This document shows, piece by piece, positions 19,879 through 29,370 of a DNA stretch of 64,000 nucleotides. The DNA comes from a virus: the IMG/VR virus record IMGVR_UViG_3300021425_000025, positions 6,762-70,761 of that record; one strand, given 5' to 3'. Made by a program: the position numbers and the translations under genes. Below the pieces are notes generated by a model, which saw nothing but the letters and a program-made list of their open reading frames with translations, searched no databases and was not told the origin of the DNA. Position 1 is the stretch's first letter, and each line of letters opens with the position of its first letter.

Positions 19879-21408
19879 TTAATATAGAGGCTGCCAAACA
19901 GCACCGTCATAAAATACCGGATACGGTCTTGGTGTAGATGATGATGCTGGATCCCAGTTATTATAATCCGCAACAGCAAACGTTCCGGCTACAGGATTTA
20001 AAGGTGCAGCACTTAATGGTGTTAATTTAAATATGCTATCAAAATTTGCTGTGCCATTGATGTTTACATCATCTGCTGCTGTGATATTTACGCTGGCTGC
20101 ACTAGTAAATCCTAAGTTTCCTGTGCCTACACTTGCTAAATTTGCAATTTCAAGTGTACCTGTAAATGTACTTGTTCCTGAACTTGTGATATCACCAGTT
20201 ACATCACCAGTTACATCACCAGTGTACATTGCTGTGCCGCTGCCGCCGGCATCTACATCAAGGATAACTGATCCACCATCTGCTGTTTTTACATCGCCAT
20301 GTACTTCGCCCATTACATTACCTGTAAAGGTAGGAGTTTCGGCGCCTATATCTAATACTACACTTGTAGTAGGATTGGCAGGATCTGATACTACATCACC
20401 GTAGTACCATGCTGTATCAGCTTCTATGCCTGCATTTAAAACTTCACTGGCACTAGGATCTGCTAAGTTCCACACTAAACGACTACCGTAGTCTACAGGT
20501 CCGTTATCATCTGCAGGAAGCCATTTGCTTTCACTATCATTCCATTTTAAAACTTGATTAGCAGTAGGCGGTGTTGTTGATGTATCTACATCTGTTAAGT
20601 CATTAATATCAGATACATCGCCGCCGCCTAAGTCAGAACTGTTAGCAAGTTGTACCCAATTGCCGCCATGTGCAAAATATGCTGCGCCAGTGGCATGAAC
20701 ATGGGCAAACATACCGTGATAATTCGTAGCATTAGGTAAATCGCCTACTTCACTATACACGTTTCCAAATAATACTTTATTACCGCCCATGTCTAAATCA
20801 GAGCTAGTTACAGCACTAATGGCGTCAGAGTCTGTATACGATGTGCCTGAGCCAGCGTTTGCTACCCACGTATAGTTTGCCCCATCCCAACTTAACACTT
20901 CAGATGCTTGTGCTTCACTAACATTTAGATGAGTATCAACATCGGAATTAGTATAAGATCCGCCACCGCCACTAGAAAGTAAACTGTCGATGTCTGTAAG
21001 TTGATTAATATCTGTAGGTATTGTAGGTTGTTGTGTTAAATCATTATAACTGCCACTAAACAATACTGGCTTGTCGGTTAGATCATCATAACTACCACTA
21101 AATGCACTGTCAGACACTGTTGCTGGAAACCATTCTGTACCAGACCATTCTAAAACTTGTCCAATACTCGGAACATTACTTGAAACATTATTTAAGTCGC
21201 CTATGTTAACAGGAACAGCTGGAGCATTTTCTAAAGACGAATAATCACCATCAAACAATTCTGGTTTACCTTGTATATTATTCCAAACAACAGGTGTTTC
21301 TGCAATCGTTGTTGCATTTGTAACTCTAACATCTAAGTCGGTAAAGTTTCCATCTAATTCTGCATAAGTTAACTGAGAACCTTTGTCTGTTCTTAAAATT
21401 ATTGCCAT
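19879..21408 (-). CDS. Fibre-like virion protein
   Basis: N-terminal RxxKGSxLTYAELDGNF; repeated FSGSYxDLTxxP and DLxDV...QVLxW motifs typical of phage fibres. Confidence 0.65.
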   Translation of the reverse strand: MAIILRTDKGSQLTYAELDGNFTDLDVRVTNATTIAETPVVWNNIQGKPELFDGDYSSLENAPAVPVNIGDLNNVSSNVPSIGQVLEWSGTEWFPATVSDSAFSGSYDDLTDKPVLFSGSYNDLTQQPTIPTDINQLTDIDSLLSSGGGGSYTNSDVDTHLNVSEAQASEVLSWDGANYTWVANAGSGTSYTDSDAISAVTSSDLDMGGNKVLFGNVYSEVGDLPNATNYHGMFAHVHATGAAYFAHGGNWVQLANSSDLGGGDVSDINDLTDVDTSTTPPTANQVLKWNDSESKWLPADDNGPVDYGSRLVWNLADPSASEVLNAGIEADTAWYYGDVVSDPANPTTSVVLDIGAETPTFTGNVMGEVHGDVKTADGGSVILDVDAGGSGTAMYTGDVTGDVTGDITSSGTSTFTGTLEIANLASVGTGNLGFTSAASVNITAADDVNINGTANFDSIFKLTPLSAAPLNPVAGTFAVADYNNWDPASSSTPRPYPVFYDGAVWQPLY

Positions 21409-21410
21409 TG

Positions 21411-21869
21411 TTATTCTCCCACGTATCCCGGCTCTACATATCCAAGAGTTACATAATTTTCTTGATTTGATATAATTGTTTCTTCTGGTGTTTCAAAAAC
21501 TTCTACATTTCTTGATTCTAATAAAGTTTGTTGACTTTCTAATCTAAAACCCAATGTACTAGTTTTAGATCTATTATAGTTTAAAATTTCTGTTACTAAC
21601 GTACTAAGTTGTAGTTCGTTAAATCCTTTTAAGCTATCTAACAATTTAAAAATAGGTACGTTGTCGATCTTTGCTTGCTGCATTAAGATAGTGGAAACAC
21701 TATAAGCGGCTGTCTTTTCAAAACCTCTTTTTTCAAAAAAAGCAATTACTGCATCTACTTCGTTAGATGAAAATTCTAATTTTGCTGTATAAAAATTATC
21801 AAAAAATTCTCTAACTGATTCGTCACTTGATGTAAATTTTGTTTGCGGTATATTTCCTGTAACTGCCAT
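21411..21869 (-). CDS. Hypothetical protein in the tail module
   Basis: Tightly packed ORF within the late operon. Confidence 0.65.
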   Translation of the reverse strand: MAVTGNIPQTKFTSSDESVREFFDNFYTAKLEFSSNEVDAVIAFFEKRGFEKTAAYSVSTILMQQAKIDNVPIFKLLDSLKGFNELQLSTLVTEILNYNRSKTSTLGFRLESQQTLLESRNVEVFETPEETIISNQENYVTLGYVEPGYVGE

Positions 21870-21871
21870 TT

Positions 21872-23011
21872 TTAAGTTCCTGTTGTATTTGGTAAGCCAT
21901 TAGCTTCTTGTGCTTGTCCTATTTTTTGTGCTTTAGCTTCTTGCGAGGTATTATCATTCTTACTTACTGCTTGTGTTGTTTCAGTACCTTTGCCACTATT
22001 CTTGCCAAAGAATGTACCTGTAATTCCGCCTGGTGAAGGATCTTGTCCAGCACTTACTATTGCATTAGTTAGTATACTAAAACCTTCTCTTTTAAGACTG
22101 TCTTTTGATAAATCTCCTGCATTGCGTACTGTATTTGCCGCAGTAAGTAATGTTCCTAGACCAACATTACCACTAGTAATATCACCTAATACACTAGAAG
22201 CACCGTCTAATATGCCGCCACCGCCGAAAAGATTAGCAACGCCGCCGCCTTGTACACTTAAAGGACTTGGTGTTTTATCATAGTGACTAGATGCAAAAGT
22301 TGCTGGATCGTCTTCGCCTACTACACCGTCTGAATATAAAACTGCTTCGTAATTTAAAGCCATTTTATTTTCTACTATGCCGGCGCCGTCTGTTTGGTCC
22401 ATAGTATCATGGCCCCATGCTGTAATTATTGGATTAATTAATGTATATTCTTGATATTGATGTCTACTAAATTGATATAATTTTATATTCTTAAAGAATG
22501 GTTCAAGTTTATCGTTGTCTAAACCAAACCTATAACCTCTTCCGTTACTTTCTTTATATGTACTTCGAGGATCATATGTTGCACTAATATCTGAAATATT
22601 GCCGTCTCTATAGTAATATCTATAGTATGCTTGCATTAAAGAATTAGTAATTCCCAAATTATCGTCGTGCATAAGAATGTTAACCGGAGAATAATCAATT
22701 CTAGTTTGTATATTCTTTTTTCTATTATATTGATTTTTTGTATCTACAGTAGCAGTATATTGTGGCAAATCAATTTGCTTACAAAGCATATTCATTTCTG
22801 CTCTATGCCTTTGTGCCATCTTTGGAAAAGCCCTAATTACTGAATCTGTAAAATTAAAATTTACAAAGTAAAGGAATTTTACCTTAGGTGCAAGACGAAA
22901 TGCATTGTCAACATATAAACGCTGAGCATGTTGGAAGTCGCCTACTATTCCTTTTGGATTAGTAACTCCACCGAAAAAATTATCTAAGAATCCGTTTAAC
23001 TTGTTTGCCAT
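21872..23011 (-). CDS. Tail-tube-fold baseplate or tube-initiator protein (gp54/gp48-like)
   Basis: Aligns by eye with the adjacent tube protein (QYNRKK...YSPVNILMHDD versus VYNSRS...WEPITLNVRDD). Confidence 0.6.
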   Translation of the reverse strand: MANKLNGFLDNFFGGVTNPKGIVGDFQHAQRLYVDNAFRLAPKVKFLYFVNFNFTDSVIRAFPKMAQRHRAEMNMLCKQIDLPQYTATVDTKNQYNRKKNIQTRIDYSPVNILMHDDNLGITNSLMQAYYRYYYRDGNISDISATYDPRSTYKESNGRGYRFGLDNDKLEPFFKNIKLYQFSRHQYQEYTLINPIITAWGHDTMDQTDGAGIVENKMALNYEAVLYSDGVVGEDDPATFASSHYDKTPSPLSVQGGGVANLFGGGGILDGASSVLGDITSGNVGLGTLLTAANTVRNAGDLSKDSLKREGFSILTNAIVSAGQDPSPGGITGTFFGKNSGKGTETTQAVSKNDNTSQEAKAQKIGQAQEANGLPNTTGT

Positions 23012-23048
23012 ACATATATTTATCCATAAGAAAAACCACGCAGATAAT

Positions 23049-23075
23049 AAAAAAGGAGACCGAAGCCTCCTTTTT
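23049..23075 (-). terminator. UUCG-loop terminator after the tail tube gene
   Basis: AAAAAGGAGGC-TTCG-GTCTCCTTTTTT on the minus strand. Confidence 0.8.
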
Positions 23076-23099
23076 CGTTTGACAATCTACTTTTTAAGT

Positions 23100-23732
23100 T
23101 TACTGTGCGCCGCCGCCGCCAGTTACTAGAGTGTTAACTGTACGACCAACTGCTGTACCAATACCAGTACCTTGTGGTGTTTGAATAGCATTATCGTATC
23201 TAATTGATAGTGCGATAGTTGCTGGATCATTGGTAGCATATGCCATTGTGTTATAGTTTGCATTAGTTAAGAAGCAACCATAGCACTCCCAAGTCTCTAA
23301 TACACCGACTTCGTTTGCACCGTTGCCACCGTCAAGCATTTCAATACGAGTTAAGAACTTGTAATCAATACCTGATGCTGCACTTGACTGTTCAAAGAAG
23401 TCAAATTGCTTCTGAAGTTGCTCGCCAACTTGCTTAGTAACGTTGTTGCTTACATCGTCTCTTACGTTAAGAGTAATTGGTTCCCAAGTGTGCTTACCTG
23501 CTAGGTAACTTCTTGAGTTGTAAACATCTAAAGTAATTTCTTCAAAAGTTAAGTTAGGACGAGTTACGTCTACTACTTGTTTTGTTAGTTCTGTTGTATT
23601 ACCACTTACGCCAAAGTTTTCTAGTGTCACTCTAAAGCGATACTGTAACTTAGGCATTAACAAGCCTTGGTTACTTGCACTAGAATCACTAGCTAGTGGT
23701 ACTGTAATTTTTGATAATGTTGAGATTGCCAT
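23100..23732 (-). CDS. 19: Tail tube protein (gp19-like)
   Basis: Follows the sheath gene; RFRV, P..TFEE, AGK.TWEP and W...GCF...Y...I...IRYD; late box at 23755-23762 and an SD. Confidence 0.85.
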   Translation of the reverse strand: MAISTLSKITVPLASDSSASNQGLLMPKLQYRFRVTLENFGVSGNTTELTKQVVDVTRPNLTFEEITLDVYNSRSYLAGKHTWEPITLNVRDDVSNNVTKQVGEQLQKQFDFFEQSSAASGIDYKFLTRIEMLDGGNGANEVGVLETWECYGCFLTNANYNTMAYATNDPATIALSIRYDNAIQTPQGTGIGTAVGRTVNTLVTGGGGAQ

Positions 23733-23768
23733 TTATATTTTCTCCTGTTGCTAGTATTTATCAAAGTA

Positions 23769-23792
23769 AGGACCCCTTTTTTCAGGGGTCCT
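23769..23792 (-). terminator. Hairpin or terminator between sheath and tube genes
   Basis: 9-bp stem AGGACCCCT / AGGGGTCCT, followed by TACTTT on the minus strand. Confidence 0.6.
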
Positions 23793-23801
23793 AGCCCTCA
23801 T

Positions 23802-26800
23802 TTAAAGTCCTGCAATTTCTCCTGTATTCTTAAGTCTTAGTGGAATGTAAATAAATTCTACTGCTTTAACTGGTTCAATTGCAATGTCTAAGTATAGCTC
23901 ATTACGATCTATTCTTCCTGGAGTATTGTTTGATTCATCACAAACAACTAAGAAGTCATAAAGTGCTCTTTGTCCTACTAGCTCTAAACATAAGCTCTCT
24001 GCTGCTGCTTTGATTTGATCTCTAGTAATCTTATCATTTGGTTCAAACAAGTAAGGTTTTGCTAGTTTGTTTAGCTGGCTTCTTAAGTAAACAACTAAAC
24101 GTGCTACGTTCACTCTATCAAGTGAGCTTGCATTTCTTGCACGAGTTTTTTGTCCAAATACAACAAGGCCTGCGCCTGCTAGTGTTGTAATTGGGTTAAC
24201 TGCGTTTGAATACAATGTATCGCGTTGACCTTCGTTAAGTGCAACACTTACAAATTCTCCTTCGTCACTAATATAACCTGTTGCTGTTGCATTAGTTACA
24301 CCGCCACGTCTTGTACCTGCGGGTGCAAACCATGGATAAGAAACTTGATCACTTAGTGCAATAGTGCGAAGTGCCATATGACTTGGTGGAACAACAATGT
24401 TGTTACCTACGTTATCACTTGTAAATCCTGCTGGATAATAAACACCCATGTACTCGTCTCTACTAACTAAGCCGTCGTCGTTATCTTCAACTGCTAGACG
24501 AACGTTAGTACCCCACTCATTAAGTGAAGTTGCATCTGGCTTCAATCTCATTGGACTGTCGCCTACAATAAATGCACTTAAACCTCTGTCATAGTTTAGA
24601 CTTACCATTTCTCCAATTAGTTCTGGATAACCTGGTGTTGCCATTACATTGAATAGTCTAGTTTCGTCATCTCTTAATTCGTCAACTCCGCTAACCATTG
24701 CTTGTAGTCCAGTAATAACAATTTGACGCTGTGCTTTACGGCCAAAACTACCTGATCCATCTGCTTGGTTAGCTGATGCTGTTACCCAACGGTGTGGATA
24801 GTAATTTGCTTGGCTTTCGCCGCTAACTGCATTGTCTGCGTTAATGTCAACATAATTACGTACAAAACGCTTAACATTAAATCCACTTCTACGTAGGTTC
24901 CATAACAACATACCTCTTGGATATAGTGCTGCTTGTGGAGCATCGCCGTCTACATAATCTGAACTTAGCAAGTCTACAATATCACCTGCTGTTCCACTGT
25001 TTGCGCCTGCTGTGTTGTAACGTGCATCTGCAAATAGTACACCGTTTTCTGTAGTTTGATCTGAGCTATCTAGTAATACCCACTTTAGAGTAACGCCATT
25101 ATAGCGATAAATTAATGGATAGTTTTCAATATCAGCAGTGCTTACCCAAAGGTCGCCTTCAACTAGTGGTGAACCGTCGCTTTGCTTTTCTGGTTCTGTT
25201 GCACTAACTATTGGACCCATTGGATCTGAATCAGGATATGCTACACGATAACCTCTCCAGCTATTACCGTCATGTACCATAATGTCAACTTCGTCAACAA
25301 CTGAGTTATACCATAGTTGGCCGTCTGCTGCTAAACTTGATGGTGCATCATCGCTTGCTGTTAGTGTTGCTTTTTTCCAGTTACTTGCTGTTAATGTAAG
25401 CGGGTCATCTGAACCCGAAGTTCCTACTTTAACATAAAGGTTTGCTGTTCCTGAACCGTCTGCATAATCGTATGCTGTAAAGCCTGCGCCTGATAGTGCT
25501 GCTGAAGTATCAACAAATTCCATTTCGCCGCCAGCGGTATGTTCAATAACAACTCTATCACCAACTACACTTGCAACAACATAGTTTAGTCCTGCTGAGT
25601 TGATAGCACCTGCCATAACGTCAGCATCATCTGAGTTTCCTGCTACTGCAAATGAAACTGTTACAGGATCACCAACACCTTGTACGCCTGGTGCAGATTC
25701 TGCAATAGTAAATGATTCATTACCAGGAGTAAATGTTGCTCCAATTACGCCGCCTTCGATTCTTGTAGTTCCTGTGCCTACTCTTTCGTATACAGTAAAT
25801 GCTGCTCTTGCTGGTGATGTGCCTTGTGCATTTGATAGTACATAAGAATCACCTGCTGCAAGACCAAGGCCGCCACTTGAGCGATCTAAATCAAATAATG
25901 CGCCTGCTGCTGATGCATAAATTGGTAATTCAACAGCATCAAAAAGTTCTGTTTCTGAATTCCAACGCTTGTATCTCCAACGGGCACCTTGATTTGGTTC
26001 TGTAGTCTTAACCCAAACAGATCCTGTTGGACGTGGGCTTGTGTCGTTCATTTTAAATTCTGGAACACTTGTATGTGGGCTAACTTGTAGTGCAGGACAA
26101 AGTTTTGTCTGTACTGAAAGTCCTAGTAAAGGAAGTAAGTCACCGCCTACGCCGGCGCCAGCTGCTAATGAAATAGTTGAGTCTGCTGAACCATCATTAA
26201 AAATATGAACTTTGCCGTCAATTTTTTCTAATCTTACGCCTGTGTTTGCATTAGCTAGTTGAATATTTGCTGCTGAAATAGTTGCGTCTAGTGTTGCATC
26301 TTCTGCAATGCTATAATCAGCTGCTCCAACTGATAACGTAAATGTAGCCGAACCGCCTACAAAACTTGCTTCGTTTGCTGATGAATCAGCAACTATTGTT
26401 GGATGACTATCAACCCAATCATTGCTTCCTACTTCTACCCATTCGCCTAAATAATTCTTGTAGAAAACTTTAATTACGTTTGTTGTTGCTTTAATAGCAT
26501 ATTCGCCTTTTTGTCCAACTGATGTTTTTGGAGATCCGTTTGGTGCAATTTTTGTAGTATCAGTAATAACAATAGGTGTTTTAACTTGGAATGTTTGCCC
26601 GTCTGTTTGTGCTGCTGATGCACCATTCCATTCAAATATGCCCCATGCTGTATTTTGTGTATCAAGCCAGTTAGTTCCGCCTGCTGGATTTGCACTTGGT
26701 GCTTCTGCTGTAGGCTGTAGTTGACCTAAGTCAACGTCTGCTCTTGTAACATATACTGCATTGCTTACGCCTAAAAGTGAGTATGCTGCTTGTAAGCCGT

Positions 26801-27074
26801 ACTCGTTTAGTTCTCCGCCGTGTACTGGGTTATTGTTTGCATCAGTATAAAAAATTGGATCGCCGAACTTATCTGCAAGATCTCTTTGCGATGTTAGTAA
26901 TACTGGTTTTTCAGCATTAGCTTTTGTTGTTGCTTCTGCTGTTGCTGTTCCGCTACCGTTTGTTTTATTTTCTGCGGTAGCAACGAATATCATTGGTACA
27001 GTTCCTGGTTCTGCCGGAGTGTAAAAACTCTCGTCAATTACCTTGACCTCTACGCCTGGTGATGTTAATGCCAT
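23802..27074 (-). CDS. 18: Tail sheath protein (gp18-like) with a large central insertion
   Basis: N-terminal LTSPGVEV.V.DES; C-terminal PWFAPAG..RG, RVNVARL, FEPND..TR, VVCDESNNTP..IDRNEL and P.KAVEFI; late box at 27111-27118. Confidence 0.93.
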   Translation of the reverse strand: MALTSPGVEVKVIDESFYTPAEPGTVPMIFVATAENKTNGSGTATAEATTKANAEKPVLLTSQRDLADKFGDPIFYTDANNNPVHGGELNEYGLQAAYSLLGVSNAVYVTRADVDLGQLQPTAEAPSANPAGGTNWLDTQNTAWGIFEWNGASAAQTDGQTFQVKTPIVITDTTKIAPNGSPKTSVGQKGEYAIKATTNVIKVFYKNYLGEWVEVGSNDWVDSHPTIVADSSANEASFVGGSATFTLSVGAADYSIAEDATLDATISAANIQLANANTGVRLEKIDGKVHIFNDGSADSTISLAAGAGVGGDLLPLLGLSVQTKLCPALQVSPHTSVPEFKMNDTSPRPTGSVWVKTTEPNQGARWRYKRWNSETELFDAVELPIYASAAGALFDLDRSSGGLGLAAGDSYVLSNAQGTSPARAAFTVYERVGTGTTRIEGGVIGATFTPGNESFTIAESAPGVQGVGDPVTVSFAVAGNSDDADVMAGAINSAGLNYVVASVVGDRVVIEHTAGGEMEFVDTSAALSGAGFTAYDYADGSGTANLYVKVGTSGSDDPLTLTASNWKKATLTASDDAPSSLAADGQLWYNSVVDEVDIMVHDGNSWRGYRVAYPDSDPMGPIVSATEPEKQSDGSPLVEGDLWVSTADIENYPLIYRYNGVTLKWVLLDSSDQTTENGVLFADARYNTAGANSGTAGDIVDLLSSDYVDGDAPQAALYPRGMLLWNLRRSGFNVKRFVRNYVDINADNAVSGESQANYYPHRWVTASANQADGSGSFGRKAQRQIVITGLQAMVSGVDELRDDETRLFNVMATPGYPELIGEMVSLNYDRGLSAFIVGDSPMRLKPDATSLNEWGTNVRLAVEDNDDGLVSRDEYMGVYYPAGFTSDNVGNNIVVPPSHMALRTIALSDQVSYPWFAPAGTRRGGVTNATATGYISDEGEFVSVALNEGQRDTLYSNAVNPITTLAGAGLVVFGQKTRARNASSLDRVNVARLVVYLRSQLNKLAKPYLFEPNDKITRDQIKAAAESLCLELVGQRALYDFLVVCDESNNTPGRIDRNELYLDIAIEPVKAVEFIYIPLRLKNTGEIAGL

Positions 27075-27186
27075 TTTTGATCTCCTATCGAATGAGCTGT
27101 ATATTACTATTATTTAGCAGATAATATAAAAATCACCCTATTAAATCACCAATAAAAGGGGCCGAAAAGGGCAGCTAAATAAATGT

Positions 27187-27528
27187 ATGCGACCTTTATG
27201 TAAAAATTGTAAGAAAAAACCAGCTGCTATAAACTATTACAAAGGTAATAAAGTATTTTATAGATCAAAGTGCGAAAGTTGTGCTAGGTATAATGGCACC
27301 GGTAAAGGCATTCCTCGATGGGCTCGTCACGGATATGAGAAAAAGAGTCAGTGTGAAAAATGTGGTTTTGAAAGTAAACACAGTGAGCAGTTTGATGTAT
27401 ATCATATAGATGGAGATCTAACAAATTGCAGACCTACCAATTTAAAAACTATTTGTGCTAACTGCCAGAGACTAATTCAAAAGGACGGGGTCCGTTGGAA
27501 ACAAGGTGACCTAATCCCCGATTTCTAA
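27187..27528 (+). CDS. Zinc-finger / HNH-like small protein
   Basis: Four CxxC pairs; CEKCGF...DVYHIDGDLTNCRPTNL.TICANC; late box at 27174-27181. Confidence 0.7.
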   Translation: MRPLCKNCKKKPAAINYYKGNKVFYRSKCESCARYNGTGKGIPRWARHGYEKKSQCEKCGFESKHSEQFDVYHIDGDLTNCRPTNLKTICANCQRLIQKDGVRWKQGDLIPDF

Positions 27529-28018
27529 AAATAGTACGAATAAGCGTATCAACATTAAGTTGTAATCTTTCTAAATCACCATTGTTATCTATAGTATAAT
27601 CGCACATCCATTGTTCGATACTCATAGAGCTTGGATCTTCTGTAGGTAAATGATCTGTACGATCTACCCAAATAGCATAATCAAAAATTTCTTCATTTTG
27701 CATAGCAAAAAATTCTCGTTTATTACGAAGTCCACAATAAATATTATTTTGAGCAAATAAATTTCTACCCAAACGTGCTAAGTCATTTTTACAATAGTTA
27801 TGAATCATGTCGTACCATTCGGCTCGATGATTATGCCTATCTTCGTAGCATTTGTCTTCGTTAGCGTAACCGTATTTGTCTTTAAGTTCGTTGTAGATAA
27901 AAAGCTCTGAACAAAATTTTGAACTAGATTGAAATGTGTAACCGTACTTTTCTAACATTTCGCAGACAGTATCTTTTCCATGTCTGCCGTGTCCGACAAC
28001 AAGCAATTTAGGTAGCAT
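27458..28018 (-). CDS. Deoxynucleoside monophosphate kinase-like P-loop protein
   Basis: P-loop GHGRHGKDT near the N-terminus; C-terminal DYTIDNNGDLERL as in phage dNMP kinases. Confidence 0.7.
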   Translation of the reverse strand: MLPKLLVVGHGRHGKDTVCEMLEKYGYTFQSSSKFCSELFIYNELKDKYGYANEDKCYEDRHNHRAEWYDMIHNYCKNDLARLGRNLFAQNNIYCGLRNKREFFAMQNEEIFDYAIWVDRTDHLPTEDPSSMSIEQWMCDYTIDNNGDLERLQLNVDTLIRTIFRNRGLGHLVSNGPRPFELVSGS

Positions 28019-28047
28019 TAAATGATTCTCCGTACAATATAATTTAC

Positions 28048-28076
28048 ATTATATAAGAAAATTAAGTGTTTGTCAA
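28048..28076 (-). promoter_or_regulatory. Consensus sigma70 promoter
   Basis: TTGACA-N17-TATAAT, exact consensus. Confidence 0.85.
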
Positions 28077-28519
28077 CTATTTTTTTTAGTTATTGTTTGA
28101 ATCCAAGATTCATTTCTGCCTGCTTTCTTTTCTTCCCAATCTTGGATAGCACGTTTGATAGAATCTTCTGCTAACACTGAACAGTGTATTTTGATAGGAG
28201 GTAATTCTAGTGCTTCAGCAATTTCTTTATCTTTAATTTCTTTTGCTTCGCTAATAGTTTTGCCTTTTAGCATTTCTACAAACATACTGCTAGATGCAAT
28301 AGCACTGCCGCAGCCGTAAGTTTTAAATTTTACATCTAAAATTGTATCTGTTTCAGGATCTAGTTTAAGATCCAATTTCATCACATCTCCACATGCCGGA
28401 GCGCCAGTCATACCAACTGCAACATTAGGATCGTTTGGATCAAAGCGACCTACGCCATGTGCACCTGGATTATTAGTAACTTGTTCGAATCTGTCGATTA
28501 CTTTTTTTGAATATGCCAT
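28073..28519 (-). CDS. iscU: Fe-S cluster scaffold IscU (auxiliary metabolic gene)
   Basis: GAPACGDVM, FKTYGCGSAIASSS and LPPIKIHCSVLAED: all three Cys plus the HscA-binding LPPxK motif. Confidence 0.93.
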   Translation of the reverse strand: MAYSKKVIDRFEQVTNNPGAHGVGRFDPNDPNVAVGMTGAPACGDVMKLDLKLDPETDTILDVKFKTYGCGSAIASSSMFVEMLKGKTISEAKEIKDKEIAEALELPPIKIHCSVLAEDSIKRAIQDWEEKKAGRNESWIQTITKKNS

Positions 28520-28530
28520 AATATTTTTTA

Positions 28531-28559
28531 ATTATACAATATAATATTGGTTATGTCAA
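28531..28559 (-). promoter_or_regulatory. Consensus sigma70 promoter of iscU
   Basis: TTGACA-N17-TATAAT, exact consensus. Confidence 0.85.
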
Positions 28560-28563
28560 CCTA

Positions 28564-29325
28564 TTAGCCTATTAAGAATCCATATCCTGTGCCGCCAGCA
28601 ACTGCACTACTTACATCTGCTTCTAGTTTTTCCATCTCTTGAACAGCTTCTGCTTTTAGTGTATCACCATTAAGACTAGTGCCGCCTTGAGGTCCGGCAA
28701 TAGTTGCAAACTTACTACGTGCTTCGCCAAGCATATACTTACAACTTGCAAGTGTATAATCTTTAATCCACTGTTTAGCAAGATAATCTTCTAATAGCTG
28801 ACTGTCTGGTCTATAATTATAGCACATTAATAATACTTCTTCGTTTGCTCTTGGGCGTTGAAATAGTGTAAGTTTTTTCGTTGTAGTATTCCATTTAAAT
28901 TCAATAAACGAACCAAACATTCTACCTACTAGTTCTTGATACTGTGCAAACATATCGTATGTTGCAAGTCCGCCCATTTGTGTACTACCACTTAACAAAT
29001 AAGTGTTTGTATATGCAAGATTAAACGGTTCAAATACCGTTCCTCCACCGCCGTTGCCTGTTCTCGAACCAATTGACCTACGGAAAATTTTTCTAACTTC
29101 AATAACTTCGCTTGGTAAAATATAATCGTTTGTATCTTCTAGCAAAGGTAAAAAGATATACGACTCTTCTACACTGTGGTCGCTTCTTTGTCTATATTTT
29201 GATAGAGCTTTACCTAACGCTGTTTCGTAGTGCTCTGGATCAAGCTCAACATCGACCATTCCGCCGCCTAAGAGGCTGTAAACATAGTCATATACTTCTT
29301 GTTTTTGTTTGATTAATTCTGCCAT
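28564..29325 (-). CDS. 13: Neck protein (gp13-like)
   Basis: LGGGMVDVEL, W.KDY..A..K..LGE.RSKF...GP.GG..LNG and a C-terminal F.IG. Confidence 0.85.
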   Translation of the reverse strand: MAELIKQKQEVYDYVYSLLGGGMVDVELDPEHYETALGKALSKYRQRSDHSVEESYIFLPLLEDTNDYILPSEVIEVRKIFRRSIGSRTGNGGGGTVFEPFNLAYTNTYLLSGSTQMGGLATYDMFAQYQELVGRMFGSFIEFKWNTTTKKLTLFQRPRANEEVLLMCYNYRPDSQLLEDYLAKQWIKDYTLASCKYMLGEARSKFATIAGPQGGTSLNGDTLKAEAVQEMEKLEADVSSAVAGGTGYGFLIG

Positions 29326-29344
29326 ATGAAGTTCTCCGTACTAG

Positions 29345-29365
29345 TATTTATCGTTTCGATAAATA
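29345..29365. promoter_or_regulatory. Palindromic pair of divergent late promoters
   Basis: TATTTATCG-TTT-CGATAAATA between the gp13-like (minus) and gp14-like (plus) genes. Confidence 0.75.
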
Positions 29366-29370
29366 TGTAT

